Positions 27,740 to 39,007 are shown, counted from the stretch's first letter. The stretch is DNA of 64,000 nucleotides from an uncultured Nitrospiraceae bacterium (GCA_963811165.1 CAWEQH010000001.1:1-64000), one strand, 5' to 3'. A program made the numbers and translations. Notes: a model not told the origin generated them from the letters alone.

Positions 27740-28087
27740 TTACTCCTCCCGCAATGCCTTTTTAAGCCTTTCCCTGAAATCTCTTCTCATTTCTTCTTCC
27801 AAAAATCCCATCATCTCCTCCATCTCCTCCTGCATGACCTCCAGCCTGCGCCGCATCCTAAGAATGATGTCCACACCTGCCTTATTGACGCCGAGTTCTC
27901 TCGTCAACTGTAAAATAAAGTTCAGTCTTTCGACGTCGTTCTCGGAATAAAGCCTCTGTTTCTTAGTTCTCCGCGGAGTGATCAGCCCCTCTTTTTCATA
28001 GAGTCTTAAGGTCTGAGGATGTACCCTCAGCATCTCAGACACTACGCTAATGAGATAAAGGGGCTGCTTGCCGCTCTTTTTATTCAT
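27740..28087 (-). CDS. hspR: HspR-like MerR-family heat-shock repressor
   Basis: '[30 protein letters not shown]...RLYS..DVERL'; between dnaJ and clpB. Confidence 0.85.
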   Translation of the reverse strand: MNKKSGKQPLYLISVVSEMLRVHPQTLRLYEKEGLITPRRTKKQRLYSENDVERLNFILQLTRELGVNKAGVDIILRMRRRLEVMQEEMEEMMGFLEEEMRRDFRERLKKALREE

Positions 28088-29175
28088 CGATCCTTCACCA
28101 TGCCCTTCCTCGGCGATTCCTTGTAGAGGGCCTCTATTTCCTGTATCGCATGCTTTGCCCTGTCCGTAACATTTTTCGGCACAGCGATCTTGATGGTCAC
28201 GTATTGGTCCCCTCTTTTTCCGCTTTTAGAAGACGGAAAGCCTTTGCCCGAGAGTTTAAATTTCTGCCCGCTCTGCGTCCCCGCGGGAAGTGTCATGGCA
28301 GCGGCCCCGTCCAAAGTCGGTACCTCTATCTTTGCTCCAAGAGCAGCCTCGCCGAATGTGACCGGCACTTCGACATAGATACTGTCACCGGTCCTCTTAA
28401 ATATCGGGTGTTCGCGTACCGTGATTTCTATCTGGAGGTCGCCGGGAGGGCCTCCTGCCTGCCCAGGCCCACCCATTCTTTTTAGCCTTACCCGCGAACC
28501 GGTATCGGCACCGGCGGGGATCTTTACTTTTATGGACTCCTGGCGTATGATCTTTCCCCGCCCTGCGCAGGACCCGCATGCCTTTGTTGTCTTTCGTCCC
28601 GAGCCTCCGCAGGCACTGCAGTATTGGGACATCTTGAAAAAACCCTTGGAAGTCTGGACCTTACCGGTACCCTTGCAACTGTCGCATTGCTGATAGGTCT
28701 CTGCCCCCGTGCCTCCGCAGGCGGGGCACTGCATTTCTCTCGCAAAAGATATGGGCTTAGTGACGCCTGTAAACGCCTCCTCAAGGGAGAGTTCAAGGCC
28801 CATAACAAGGTCCGGACCCCTTAATTCCGTCGCACCCTGGCCGCCGCCGGCGCTGAATAAATCAGAAAAAATGTCTCCAAAGCCGCCGAAATCGAACCTG
28901 TCTGCTGACGTATATGCCCTATAGTCAAATCCCGGTCCGCCGCCTTCGAAGGGAGAGCGTCCGTACTGGTCATATTCGGCGCGTTTTTTTTCGTCGCCAA
29001 GGACTTCATATGCCTCATTGATCTCCTTGAATTTCTGTTCGGCCGACTTGTCGCCCTGATTAAGGTCCGGATGATATTTTCGCGCAAGTTTCCTGTACGC
29101 CTTCTTTATTTCGTCTTGCGAGGCCTTCTTGTCGACTCCGAGTATCTCATAATAATCTTTTACTTGCTGAGCCAT
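28084..29175 (-). CDS. dnaJ: Chaperone DnaJ
   Basis: J-domain HPD, G/F region, four CxxCxGxG repeats. Confidence 0.95.
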   Translation of the reverse strand: MAQQVKDYYEILGVDKKASQDEIKKAYRKLARKYHPDLNQGDKSAEQKFKEINEAYEVLGDEKKRAEYDQYGRSPFEGGGPGFDYRAYTSADRFDFGGFGDIFSDLFSAGGGQGATELRGPDLVMGLELSLEEAFTGVTKPISFAREMQCPACGGTGAETYQQCDSCKGTGKVQTSKGFFKMSQYCSACGGSGRKTTKACGSCAGRGKIIRQESIKVKIPAGADTGSRVRLKRMGGPGQAGGPPGDLQIEITVREHPIFKRTGDSIYVEVPVTFGEAALGAKIEVPTLDGAAAMTLPAGTQSGQKFKLSGKGFPSSKSGKRGDQYVTIKIAVPKNVTDRAKHAIQEIEALYKESPRKGMVKDR

Positions 29176-29213
29176 GCCCACCCCTTCATGTATATAATGC
29201 TAATATATATCAT

Positions 29214-29243
29214 ATGATAGTACTTGAGTCATATCTTGTCAAG
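29214..29243 (-). promoter_or_regulatory. HAIR-like operator overlapping the sigma70 promoter of dnaJ-hspR-clpB
   Basis: CTTGAGT-N7-TGTCAAG (29223-29243) versus consensus CTTGAGT-N7-ACTCAAG; minus strand TTGACA-N17-TATCAT. Confidence 0.75.
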
Positions 29244-29364
29244 GCTATTGATATGGTACTGATTACTATCTTATCAAATTATTATGGAAAAACAATAGGC
29301 AGACTTTTGGATTAGGATAGGGAAAGGCAGACGCTGCCCCTGGAAGATACCCTGCGCGAAATCG

Positions 29365-30609
29365 TCAAACGAGATAGGAAAATCTGGCCATGAATTCTTT
29401 GACGCCCATGCCTGTGCTCCTGGCAAGGGGCACGGCGTTTTTCAGCTCGAAGTCTTCCCTTTCAAATCTGATCATGTACTTTCTCCCGACCTCATATGTT
29501 TCTGCGTTTATGTCGACGAGGCTGATCTTCATTTTCCCGGTGGAAGGATCTACCATCTCTACAAAAGATATCGGCCTTAACCTGCCCTCGTCAAATACTA
29601 TCATCGCGCCGGTACCGCCGTTAAGAAGGAACTTCATGGCTCCGTAGCCCAGATTTCTTGTGTATTCGATATCGTACGGTATCGGGGCAGCGGCCCTCAA
29701 TTCATACCCGATATTTTTGTCGACGATCGTGATACCTATGCCCATAGCATCGAGGTTCTTTTTGACGAAATTCTTGAGCACCCTTCCGAGTTGGATCTCG
29801 GACAGCCTTATCCGGCCTGTTTCGTCCTTTTCAAGAGTTTCATAATGGCTCAGCTCTTCGACATCGAACTTTTCAGATATCCCTTCCGCAAGTATTGCGA
29901 CCCCATGGTCCCGGTCCATGTGAAGCCTTTTTATTATAGACCCGGTGAGGATATCGGCAACCTTCTTCACTGAAACTTTTTTTTCTTTGAATTCTTCGGG
30001 GATGAGGGTTATCGTTGCGCCGGCGGCCTTGCCAATCCCCAGTGCGAGATGACCTGCATTTCTCCCCATCGTCGGTATAAAATACCATCGCCCCGTTGTC
30101 CTGGCATCTTCCATAATGTTCTTGACTATCTCGACCCCCCAGTGGCGCGCCGTCTGGTATCCGAATGTTGATACACCCCCGGGAAGCGGGATATCATTAT
30201 CGATTGTTTTAGGCACGTGGACGATGTTCATACAGCCCCTTGCCTCTCTTTCAATCCAGTTGGACATGAAGAGGGTGCCGTCGCCGCCGATCGTGACGAG
30301 ATACCTGATCCCGAGGCGTTTGATTGTAGACATAAGTACGTTGAATTTTTTCTTTACCTTGTCAGGATAATCGCGGGAGGTCCTTACAATTGAGCCTCCT
30401 TGAGTGTATATGCGCGAGACATCCTCCATGGTAAGCGGCACCGCACTTCGGACGTTGCCGTCGAATAGGCTCTTAAACCCGCCCCGTATCCCGATGACGG
30501 ACTTCCCATGATTGAGGGCTTCAATCGTCGCCGAACTTATTACCCCATTAATTCCCGGGGCAGGTCCCCCTCCGACGATTATGCCTACGATTTCTTTTTT
30601 TTTAGCCAT
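29365..30609 (-). CDS. Phosphofructokinase family protein (possibly PPi-dependent)
   Basis: 'GGGPAPGIN', 'IGGDGT', 'VPKTIDND', 'MGR', 'GYELR'. Confidence 0.88.
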   Translation of the reverse strand: MAKKKEIVGIIVGGGPAPGINGVISSATIEALNHGKSVIGIRGGFKSLFDGNVRSAVPLTMEDVSRIYTQGGSIVRTSRDYPDKVKKKFNVLMSTIKRLGIRYLVTIGGDGTLFMSNWIEREARGCMNIVHVPKTIDNDIPLPGGVSTFGYQTARHWGVEIVKNIMEDARTTGRWYFIPTMGRNAGHLALGIGKAAGATITLIPEEFKEKKVSVKKVADILTGSIIKRLHMDRDHGVAILAEGISEKFDVEELSHYETLEKDETGRIRLSEIQLGRVLKNFVKKNLDAMGIGITIVDKNIGYELRAAAPIPYDIEYTRNLGYGAMKFLLNGGTGAMIVFDEGRLRPISFVEMVDPSTGKMKISLVDINAETYEVGRKYMIRFEREDFELKNAVPLARSTGMGVKEFMARFSYLV

Positions 30610-30650
30610 GTTTTTTCTTTCCGCTCACTGCTTTTTGAGGATAACCCGGG

Positions 30651-32003
30651 CTACCCCAACACAGAGGGATCTATTTCCTTTTTCACAACGATCGGCTTGA
30701 CCGTCCTTCGGACGATCTCCATGGTATTGCCGACCTTAAGCTTGTCAAAGAGCAGGCCGAACTTGTCCTCGAGCTCTTTCATGATCGGCCCCTTTATGTC
30801 AGCGGGCAGGTCCCACCACTTCCTCTTGAGAGTGCCGAACCCCTTTTTTCTCGTGCTGTAAATAAACTGCTCCTCTGTTTGGCCTTCCTTCTTCTCCTTT
30901 ATAAATTCCGTCTTGATATAGGTATATACCTCTTCCCTGAACCCTGCGGGCAGATGCCTGCTGTCATAGATTATGTTTTGGAAACCGGTTGCAAGATGCA
31001 CTTCCGAAGTACCTGTCTCAGGGAACATGTGAAATGCCTCCTCGGGCAAAGTAGACGCTCCGTGCTGAACAGCACCCGAAAGACCGTAATCCTTTCTCGC
31101 AATGTCCGACAACAGGCGGAGCGTTTCGAAATCTATCTTCACCTTCGCGAGGGAGCCATCGGGCAAAACTACCCCTCCATGAGACGTCCCGGTCTGAACG
31201 CTTAGTTTGCTGAGCCCTTTGCCCCCCTTAAAGATCTCCCTGAACCCATCGAGATATCCCTTAAGCTCATCGGGCGTGCTGTTTTTCTTCCCGATCTCCC
31301 CGATCTCTCCACCGACGGATATATCAATCCCCTCCGGCTGGATTTCTCTTATGAGGGCCGCCAGTTCGGCCGTCTTTTCGAAGTTCGGCCGCTGCTGCTC
31401 CTTTATCGTCGGCTTGTCAAGGTCGACCAGGGTGGATGAATCGATGTCGATATTATAAAATTCGGCCTCTACCGCCTCCTGGATAAGTCCCTTTACGTAG
31501 CCTGTTTCTGCCTGGGGATCAGCCAGAAAATTCTTCCTGACCAACTGGAAATGATCGCCTTGTATAAAAACAGGTCCGCGATACCCTTCCCGGACAGCGG
31601 CGGCAAGCACTACCGCCGCATATTCTATCGGCCTCTGCTTGGTGTATCCTATCTCAGAACGGGCGATCTCGAAGATAAAGGCGCCGACATTCATTGCCAG
31701 TGCCCTTCTGAAAACCGCCCGTGCCGAATCGTATGTGAGACCCCTGATATTCATTGCGGGCACGGTAAAGCCCGGGTAGCTCCTCCCCATCTCTTCGTAA
31801 AGTCCCTGGACCGATGCCGGGACTGCTCCGTAAGCCTTGGCAATCTCCTTAATAAGAAGAAAGAGCTTTTTCCTCTTCTCTTCATCGGAAAAGACCGCCT
31901 CATAAACCAATTCGTCCATCAGGGCGGAAAGGCCCTTATGATCTTTGATCTCGACACCTTCCTTGCCAAACGCTATAACGCTTCTTAACTCCTTGGTACT
32001 CAT
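30651..32003 (-). CDS. Class II fructose-bisphosphate aldolase family protein
   Basis: 'QGDH', 'GEIGEIG', 'GTSHGG', 'VQHGAS'. Confidence 0.85.
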   Translation of the reverse strand: MSTKELRSVIAFGKEGVEIKDHKGLSALMDELVYEAVFSDEEKRKKLFLLIKEIAKAYGAVPASVQGLYEEMGRSYPGFTVPAMNIRGLTYDSARAVFRRALAMNVGAFIFEIARSEIGYTKQRPIEYAAVVLAAAVREGYRGPVFIQGDHFQLVRKNFLADPQAETGYVKGLIQEAVEAEFYNIDIDSSTLVDLDKPTIKEQQRPNFEKTAELAALIREIQPEGIDISVGGEIGEIGKKNSTPDELKGYLDGFREIFKGGKGLSKLSVQTGTSHGGVVLPDGSLAKVKIDFETLRLLSDIARKDYGLSGAVQHGASTLPEEAFHMFPETGTSEVHLATGFQNIIYDSRHLPAGFREEVYTYIKTEFIKEKKEGQTEEQFIYSTRKKGFGTLKRKWWDLPADIKGPIMKELEDKFGLLFDKLKVGNTMEIVRRTVKPIVVKKEIDPSVLG

Positions 32004-32204
32004 ACACCCTCCTCGTAAATTTATTATGGAAATATGTACGTCTCGGATTTGTCGGAAATTTATTTAGCTATTATACCCGTTTCCCGGCAACATTACGAAC
32101 AGTTGATGCGATGATCACATGCCGAAAAAAACTGCCGGATGTCCCGGCCGAGGGGGAAACTTCTTTTCGCAGTTTTCCCCGAAGCGAATGAAAGACCTGC
32201 CCCT

Positions 32205-33041
32205 TCACTCTCCCTTATTGAAATACCGGTTCAGCACTGTTTCCAGATTACGGACAATACTGTCTTTGGAATTTATTATAAATATTCTCTCCCTTACCTG
32301 GAAGAGCTCTTTTTCGATTCGCGTTACACCCGGCCGAACTGATTCTCGTTTCCTGAGTTCCTCTTCGAACATCGGGACTATCTTGTCCTTCATCCGGAGC
32401 TCCGTGTCCATAAAAAACACAGAAATCTGGGGCGCCAGGTCCGATACCCTGTCAAGGAAGGCCGCTATTTCGCTGTCATATATCTGCTTCGGAGGTGAAG
32501 ACTTCACCTCCGCATACAATAACGCGGACCCGTCAAGCCTGGCGATCACATCATAATCGCCGCCGATATTGGGTCTTTTGAACTTTACTCCCCAGATGGC
32601 CTCCGCCCCGAATTCCCTCTTAAAGACCTCTGCAACAAACCATTCGAGCGTCTCTCCGAAACTCTTAATGCGCCGGACGAGGGCAAATCCCGCATCAAGC
32701 TTTTTTGCGAGGCAGAGCTGCAGGAGATATTCGATATATTCTCCGGTGACTCCGGCGGTGGCAAATCTTGCGACCTTTTCAGGGGTAAAAAAGGCCTGCT
32801 GTTTTATCACGTCGCGAAGAAAAAGACGGAAGGAATACCTGTGAAGCATCCGGTAATAATCGTCAAGAAACTTCTCCGCCGGGACCAAAAGGTCGTCGCC
32901 GGGCTCCTTCTTATACACAGGGAATCCGCGTCTTTTCAGGATAAGATCCAGCTTCGGGGTATGAACGTTCAGGGAACGTCTGAGGCGTTTGACCTCATTT
33001 CTAAGGTAGGAGAGCTCGTCAAAGGTCCTGTCTTCAGGCAT
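32205..33041 (-). CDS. Hypothetical protein with C-terminal PD-(D/E)xK-like motif
   Basis: 'GETLEWFVA...GGDYDV...AEVKS'. Confidence 0.6.
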   Translation of the reverse strand: MPEDRTFDELSYLRNEVKRLRRSLNVHTPKLDLILKRRGFPVYKKEPGDDLLVPAEKFLDDYYRMLHRYSFRLFLRDVIKQQAFFTPEKVARFATAGVTGEYIEYLLQLCLAKKLDAGFALVRRIKSFGETLEWFVAEVFKREFGAEAIWGVKFKRPNIGGDYDVIARLDGSALLYAEVKSSPPKQIYDSEIAAFLDRVSDLAPQISVFFMDTELRMKDKIVPMFEEELRKRESVRPGVTRIEKELFQVRERIFIINSKDSIVRNLETVLNRYFNKGE

Positions 33042-33092
33042 AATTCATACTGCTCCACCGGGCGTCGGGAATGGAAAAGGCGCTTCGTGTTA

Positions 33093-33503
33093 CTACGTGC
33101 TTTTTTTATCTCCTATGAATTTAAGGGCTACCCTCCTGTGCCGGGGGCCGTCAAACTCGCAGAAAAAAATCGCCTGCCATGTTCCGAGGACCAACCTCCC
33201 CTCGTCGACAAGAACATTTTCCGAAATACCTATAAGGGACGCCTTGATGTGGGCGGAGGAATTTCCTTCCCTGTGGTGGTAATCCCCTTCAAAAGGGACC
33301 AATCTGTTCAAAAGCGCCTGGATATCGCGCTGCACACTGGGATCGGCGCCCTCGTTTATCGTGACCGCAGCCGTAGTATGGGGGACATAGAGACAGCATA
33401 TTCCGCCGACCGCGCCCGCTTCATTTAAGACCTCCTGGACTTTTTCGGTAATGTCGATAAACTCAGTCCTTGCCCTGCTCTTGACGTTTATATACCTTAT
33501 CAC
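33093..33503 (-). CDS. yjbQ: YjbQ/UPF0047 family protein
   Basis: 'PHTTAA.TINE', 'GNSSAHIK', 'LGTWQ..FFCEFDGPR'. Confidence 0.92.
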   Translation of the reverse strand: MIRYINVKSRARTEFIDITEKVQEVLNEAGAVGGICCLYVPHTTAAVTINEGADPSVQRDIQALLNRLVPFEGDYHHREGNSSAHIKASLIGISENVLVDEGRLVLGTWQAIFFCEFDGPRHRRVALKFIGDKKST

Positions 33504-33530
33504 CGCTATCCTCCCGGGACAGACATTTGT

Positions 33531-34553
33531 CTATGGGCCGAACACCTTATTGAAAAAGCCTTCGTCCACGTCAAACACAACCTTTACCACCGCAATATTG
33601 CCGGGCAAATCAAGATTTCTGGCTTTTATTATATCCTTTTCCGTGGCAACAATCCACCCGGCCCCAGACTGCTGAGCTTCTGTTTTTATTCTGGACATGT
33701 CCTCCCGGGTATACTGATAATGGTCTCTGTAAGCGCGGAACCCTCGTATCTCGGCTCCTAACTCTCGCAGGGTCCTTCGAAACGCATCCGGTGAAGCGAG
33801 TGCGCAAAAGCCGAAGACCTTCTTCCCCGAAAGCCAGCCGGCCGGCTCTTCCTGACCTGAGCGGAGAGTGCATGACAAGGGAGTATGCCCTGCAAGAAAA
33901 AGGGCAGATCCCTGGTTATAATGCCTTACTACATTTATCACGTCATCTTCTTTGCCGCCTTTTTTTCCAATGTCTCCTCCGACCCTCGTCAACACGATAA
34001 TGTCTGCCCGCTTAAGAGACTTGATCGGCTCCCTCAGCCTCCCAAAAGGAAGAAGCATCCCGTTTCCGAAAGGGTTTCCCGCATCGATAAGGACAATATC
34101 CTTATCCCGGTAAAGGCCCCGATGCTGAAAACCGTCATCGAGGATAAAGAGATGGGTCTTTCGTTCCGGATCACCGATATGGAGTTCCCGAAGGGCAAAC
34201 ATGCCTGCCTCGAACCTATTGCTTCCCTTTACAATAGGTACCCCTTTTAGTCTCTCGGCCATGAGCACCGGTTCGTCCCCGGCATCTTTTACGGAAAGCA
34301 GCGGCCCTTCCCCCCTCGTCACTAAACAGGGACCTTTTGCCCTGCCCTTGTATCCGCGAGTTAGAATGACCGGCTTCATGCCCCTTTTTTGGGCCTCCTC
34401 TGCGACTGCGATCGTTGCAGGCGTTTTACCGGTCCCGCCGACAGTTATGTTGCCTATGCTGATCACCCTGCACGGCAGACGTTTTTGATGCGCCAGGGAA
34501 TAGCGCTGCTTAGCGGAAAAACCGAGATAATATAGGAATTCAAGAAGGTGCAT
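33531..34553 (-). CDS. lpxK: Tetraacyldisaccharide 4'-kinase
   Basis: 'IGNITVGGTGKTP', 'GDEP', 'LDDGFQH', 'TEKD'. Confidence 0.95.
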   Translation of the reverse strand: MHLLEFLYYLGFSAKQRYSLAHQKRLPCRVISIGNITVGGTGKTPATIAVAEEAQKRGMKPVILTRGYKGRAKGPCLVTRGEGPLLSVKDAGDEPVLMAERLKGVPIVKGSNRFEAGMFALRELHIGDPERKTHLFILDDGFQHRGLYRDKDIVLIDAGNPFGNGMLLPFGRLREPIKSLKRADIIVLTRVGGDIGKKGGKEDDVINVVRHYNQGSALFLAGHTPLSCTLRSGQEEPAGWLSGKKVFGFCALASPDAFRRTLRELGAEIRGFRAYRDHYQYTREDMSRIKTEAQQSGAGWIVATEKDIIKARNLDLPGNIAVVKVVFDVDEGFFNKVFGP

Positions 34554-34596
34554 ATTTAGTCGGGAAGTTTCCCTGTCTGGCGGAGAGATGAACTTG

Positions 34597-34917
34597 TCAT
34601 AGAAACTCGATATGGTTCCTCATGTCTTTATTGGTCAAAACATTGACAATCAGTTCTACCCCTCTTATGCATTGCCCAATTGAAACATTTTTCGAGTGCG
34701 AAAATATTATCCCGCTGTGGTCAAATCTGTCGGCCATTATCAGAAAATCGTTATCGTGGGTTAATATTACGGCTTTCATCTCCGATGCCTTTCTGACATG
34801 AAATTCATCAGGCTTGCCATAAAGCCCAAGTTCGCCGGCAGATATTACTTCTATGCCTCGTCTGCGCAACCCCTCAATAACGGAACGCTCTATATTCTCA
34901 TCTGCATAAATCTTCAT
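34597..34917 (-). CDS. DUF5615 PIN-like toxin
   Basis: 'IYADENI', 'ILTHDNDF', 'HSGII'; overlaps the DUF433 gene. Confidence 0.85.
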   Translation of the reverse strand: MKIYADENIERSVIEGLRRRGIEVISAGELGLYGKPDEFHVRKASEMKAVILTHDNDFLIMADRFDHSGIIFSHSKNVSIGQCIRGVELIVNVLTNKDMRNHIEFL

Positions 34918-35225
34918 CCAAGCTTTGCTCTCAGCTTGGAAGGATATTTTTTCTTAAGCTGGGCGAGAATGGTCTGATCTTCCCGGTATTTTTTATCAAA
35001 CAAGGTCTTGTGCTCATAATAGTACGACAACGCATCGTGGACCTGTTCGAGTTTCAGGTGGGGGTATTCATCAACAATACTATCGGCGCTCATACCCATA
35101 AGCTCGTATCTGACTGCAATATCCAATACCTTTATGCGTGTGCCGCTGATCACAGGCTGCCCGCCTGCAATTTTTAGGTCCGTGGATATATATGGGTGTT
35201 TAGTCCTCTTAACTGCGACCGGCAT
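34914..35225 (-). CDS. DUF433 antitoxin
   Basis: 'GGQPVISGTRIKV', 'YPHL..EQVHDALSYY'. Confidence 0.88.
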   Translation of the reverse strand: MPVAVKRTKHPYISTDLKIAGGQPVISGTRIKVLDIAVRYELMGMSADSIVDEYPHLKLEQVHDALSYYYEHKTLFDKKYREDQTILAQLKKKYPSKLRAKLG

Positions 35226-35276
35226 ATAAGACCTCCTTTTATGACTTTATTTTAACTAAATACCTACCTAAAATCA

Positions 35277-35403
35277 TTTGCGTCCTTTCTTAATGTAGCC
35301 TGTCCCCCCATTTATTCCCTATACTATTCTATCCTAACAAAGCTTAATCATCCCAAAAATGTGCCTGTCCCTTTTTCTTTTAAAGTTTGGTGTCTGACCC
35401 CAT
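35277..35403 (+). repeat. Cluster of short GCCTGTCCC/TCTGACCCC-type motifs
   Basis: tgcgtccttt (~35279), gtagcctgtcccccc (35295), gtgcctgtccctttt (35361), ggtgtctgacccc (35389). Confidence 0.45.
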
Positions 35404-35417
35404 AAAATGACTTCCCC

Positions 35418-35456
35418 AGTAACGCCCCCCAACCCCCTCTTACGCTAAGAGGGGGG
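35418..35456. repeat. REP-like palindrome copy A1
   Basis: AGTAACGCCCCCC..CCCCCTCTTA-cgc-TAAGAGGGGG; overlaps the DUF559 stop codon. Confidence 0.8.
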
Positions 35457-35807
35457 CATCTTAACTGCCATCCTGGCTATAACGTCGTCTGTATTGCTAA
35501 GCACTTCATGATTCCAGAACCGCAATATTTCGATCCCCAAGGCTTCCAGATAGTCTGTACGGGCATCATCATATTCCCTATTTTCATCGCAGGCATGCTG
35601 TCCGCCGTCCAATTCTACTGCGAGTTTCATTTGCGGACAGTAGAAGTCAAGTATATAAGGACCGGCGCTGTACTGGCGATAGAATTTCTTTCCGTAAAAT
35701 TGTTTGTTCCGTAAATGCAGCCACAGAGCCTTTTCAGCCTCTGTCTGATTACGTCTCAATTCCTTTCTCCGTTGTTTTTGCAACGGATCGTTCAATGTGA
35801 ATTTCAT
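35445..35807 (-). CDS. DUF559 (Vsr-like) endonuclease domain protein
   Basis: 'LRRNQTEAEKALW..LR', 'YILDFYC', 'VELDGGQH', 'LRFWN'. Confidence 0.92.
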   Translation of the reverse strand: MKFTLNDPLQKQRRKELRRNQTEAEKALWLHLRNKQFYGKKFYRQYSAGPYILDFYCPQMKLAVELDGGQHACDENREYDDARTDYLEALGIEILRFWNHEVLSNTDDVIARMAVKMPPS

Positions 35808-35831
35808 TCTATTTGCAGTAGGCCCTCACAA

Positions 35832-35868
35832 CCCCCTCTTAGGTTAAGAGGGGGGAAGGGGGAGTTAT
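35832..35868. repeat. REP-like palindrome copy A2
   Basis: CCCCCTCTTA-ggt-TAAGAGGGGG followed by GGGGGAGTTA. Confidence 0.8.
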
Positions 35869-35878
35869 TTTATCAATT

Positions 35879-38800
35879 TCATCCGCCCTCAATAATTACC
35901 CTCTCCTCCTCCGTCATCCCATAAAGCCCATAAACAATCTCATCTATCTTCTCATCCGTAATTGTAATCTCCCGCTCAATCTTTTCACGCTCTGCCGAGG
36001 GAGGAAGGGCATTTTTCTTTTTGTGAAGTTCGAGCATGCTGTCGACGAGAGAGACGAGTTTGTCGTGGGCAGCTTTTTCCGAGGGGTTCTTGATGTCGAT
36101 GGTGCGGATAGGAAGTTTTTCTATAAATTGCGTCCAGAAACGGACGTAGCCACCACGAAGCAACGTTCCGATGGAAAGCAGATACTTAAACAACAGCGAA
36201 GAGTTAAGAAGCCCAAGAACATAGCGAGGCGAAAGAGCTACGTCTTCCAAAATAATTCCGTAACCGGTCTTATAAAAGTGACCACTAATGTCGAGTGTAA
36301 AAGAGGCCACATTATTGTAATCCGGCACGATGATTTTCTGCCTCTGAAATAGTGTCATGCTCTTCGGATAACCAAAGGCGTACCAATTCGGACCCTTAAA
36401 TCTTCCTTTTTCGCGTGCAATTAGAGCTGATCTGTTTTCTTTTAGAAAGGCAAAAGCCAAAGGGAACTTGGTGTCCATCTCCGTAGTGGTCAGAAGTCGA
36501 AAACTGTTGTCCAAGTATCTCGTACGGGCAAATCAGATACGAGTTTGTTTCCGGCTCATCGAATCTGCGGATCTGTTTCCCACGCAGAAATGGTCTGGCA
36601 ATGCCAGCTTCCATACTTACTTGAGTACTCTAATGATTTTGACATGCCTGTAATGGTTGTTCCAGTAATTTTGCATTCGTCTAAAACAAAAACCTCAACT
36701 GCGCTTGTCTGAGTACCCACAAAGATATGAGCAATATTGAACCAAGCTTTACAGGCATCTTAGCCAAGCGTTTAAACATACCAGAGAGGAACCGGCATCA
36801 ATGTTCCATCTGCGGCGTTAATGTCGTAATAAGCGATAGTTGCCCGTCCATAGCTTGGCTCCTTTCGTGCGCCATGCATTGAAGTAACGTCAACCTTCCT
36901 AAAATCACCTGTTTGCGCGGCGCTTTATTCAAAAGAGAAGACACGTATAAGTTTTACCCCGTCGAAATATTTCTTGACAACCGAAATGGATCTATCTCAG
37001 AGAGAATTTGCCCTTAGAAATAATACCTCTGAGTGGTTCCCCAATTTCACTGGGATTGAAAGAACTTATGCGGTAAGATAAAACCTAGACGGCCTTTTAC
37101 ATTCAGAAAGACTCAATCCTTTTCGACAAAAATACATAAATATCATAGTTACCTTTACCGGCAGAGGTCATAGTGTTTCTAATAGAATTCAACTTCAACA
37201 GGCACCCATTCCTTCATATGCTGAAATCCAGCCATACGGCGGATTGCCAATCACGACATCGAACCCGCCGTTCGCCATAATCTCGCCAAAGCCGGTAGAC
37301 TTTGAATTCCAGTCAAAGGGTTGATGCTGCTTTTTGTATCATCATCGAACAATTGCCCGTCCAAAATATCATATCTAATAAGGCTGTTGCCGCATTTCAC
37401 GTTATCGCCCAGCGACGGCAAAAGGTGCTGCTTCTTCGGAAGCATTCCCCGCTCGCCTTCCAATGCCTTCAGATAAAGGCTCATCATTGTGATCTCGACA
37501 GCCTGGGGGTCGATATCCACACCGAAGATGTTATTTCTGAGGATCTTTGCCTTCTCGTGTAGCGGAAGACTTAACTCCTCAGGGGAAATCTTCCAGTAAG
37601 GGAATAAATGCAGCGTCTGCGCCTCTTTCTGATGTTCGCGATAATACTTGAGGTGATAATCGATGAGAAACTGATATGCGCCAAGAAGGAACGAGCCTGA
37701 CCCACAGGCAGGATCGAGTATCTTTATCTTTTCGATCTGCTTAGGTGTCTTGCCTTCGATGATCTTGCCGACGGTATTTTTGACGATGTATTCGACGATA
37801 TATTTAGGCGTATAATAGACGCCGCCTGCCTTTCTGACTTCCGGCTTCTCCTCGACCTTTACACGCTGAGGCGTGACGCGTATCGTGCTTCCTAAGTATC
37901 TCTCATATATGCTTCCAAGGAGTTCAACACCAATTGCGTCAAACCGATATCTGCTCTTGGGGAAATAGAGGTTCTCAATAATCTCCGCAAGCAGGCCGGA
38001 ATCCACCTCTGCTTTTTCGCAGGCATGGGGCTTAAAAATATCTCCGTTCAGGTCGTCGTTGATGTCATGGAAAAGGTCTACGAGATGAATCATGATGGAT
38101 TTACGTTTGCCTTCTTCTTTCCATTGGGCGACGATCTCCCACAATTCCCTGTCGGGCCTGATCCTTCTGTCTTCGGCGATGCGGATAAAGATGATCCTGT
38201 CAAGGAGCCTCTGGACAACGTCGTTCAAAAGCTTCACATCGAATTCAGGGTTCCGTTTATGGATGTCTTTAGCAAGTTCTGTCCGCCACAATGTAAGGTC
38301 TTCGAGAAACGACTTGTCAGGAGGGATCCTGAGCCTTTTGCTCTTTATGTCTTTCGGAAGAAGCGCCTCCAGGGAACCCTGCTCAACTCTTTCCTTCGAC
38401 AGTTCCCAAAGTTTTTCGGCATTGTCCAGATAGGTCGGATATTTGAAATCAAAGATCAGCCCTTCGTTCGGGTGGCGAGGGATCGGGCTTTAATGACGCG
38501 TCAAAGAGTTTGAATTCCTCAAAGTCGGTAAGCACCACAAAGTAGACCTCTTTGGTCGACCATGCGTAGCTTTTCGCCTGAAGGATATGGTTAATATCGT
38601 CGAGGGCTACGGAAGGCGCTTTCGCTTCGATAAAGAACTTTGTTGCGCCGCTTATCCTGAAATTATAATCGGGCCTGCCGCTTGTTTCCGGCGAAAGCTC
38701 GACAATTACATCCCTTTCATGGGGCGGCTTCTGTGCCTTGTTCTCTATGTCCCAGCCGAGCGCTTCAAAGAGCGGATTAAGAAAATCGATCCTAACTTGG

Positions 38801-38898
38801 GCCTCGGGATATCCTTTTGAGAGATAGTGGTGCTTGTCCTTCTCGAACTTGGAGACCAGGACCTGAAGTTTTTCTCTGAATGCATCAATGCCGCTCAT
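35879..38898 (-). pseudogene. Type IIG/Eco57I-like fused restriction endonuclease and N6-adenine methyltransferase, multiply frameshifted
   Basis: N-terminal 'PDY...IEAK' nuclease; 'GGVYYTP', 'LDPACGSGSFL', 'DVVIGNPPY' (read by hand near 37235-37260); TaqI_C-like C-terminus; frame broken near 38460, 37320 and repeatedly in 36500-37250. Confidence 0.85.
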
Positions 38899-39007
38899 AT
38901 ATCTTCATCCCCTCAGAATTGTGGAGAGTTTGGGAGGCTTCTGTCAAGAAGAAATTCAAATCTTCCCAGCCCCTATTCCGGGATCACCATAATTGCCCCT
39001 CCCCCGG

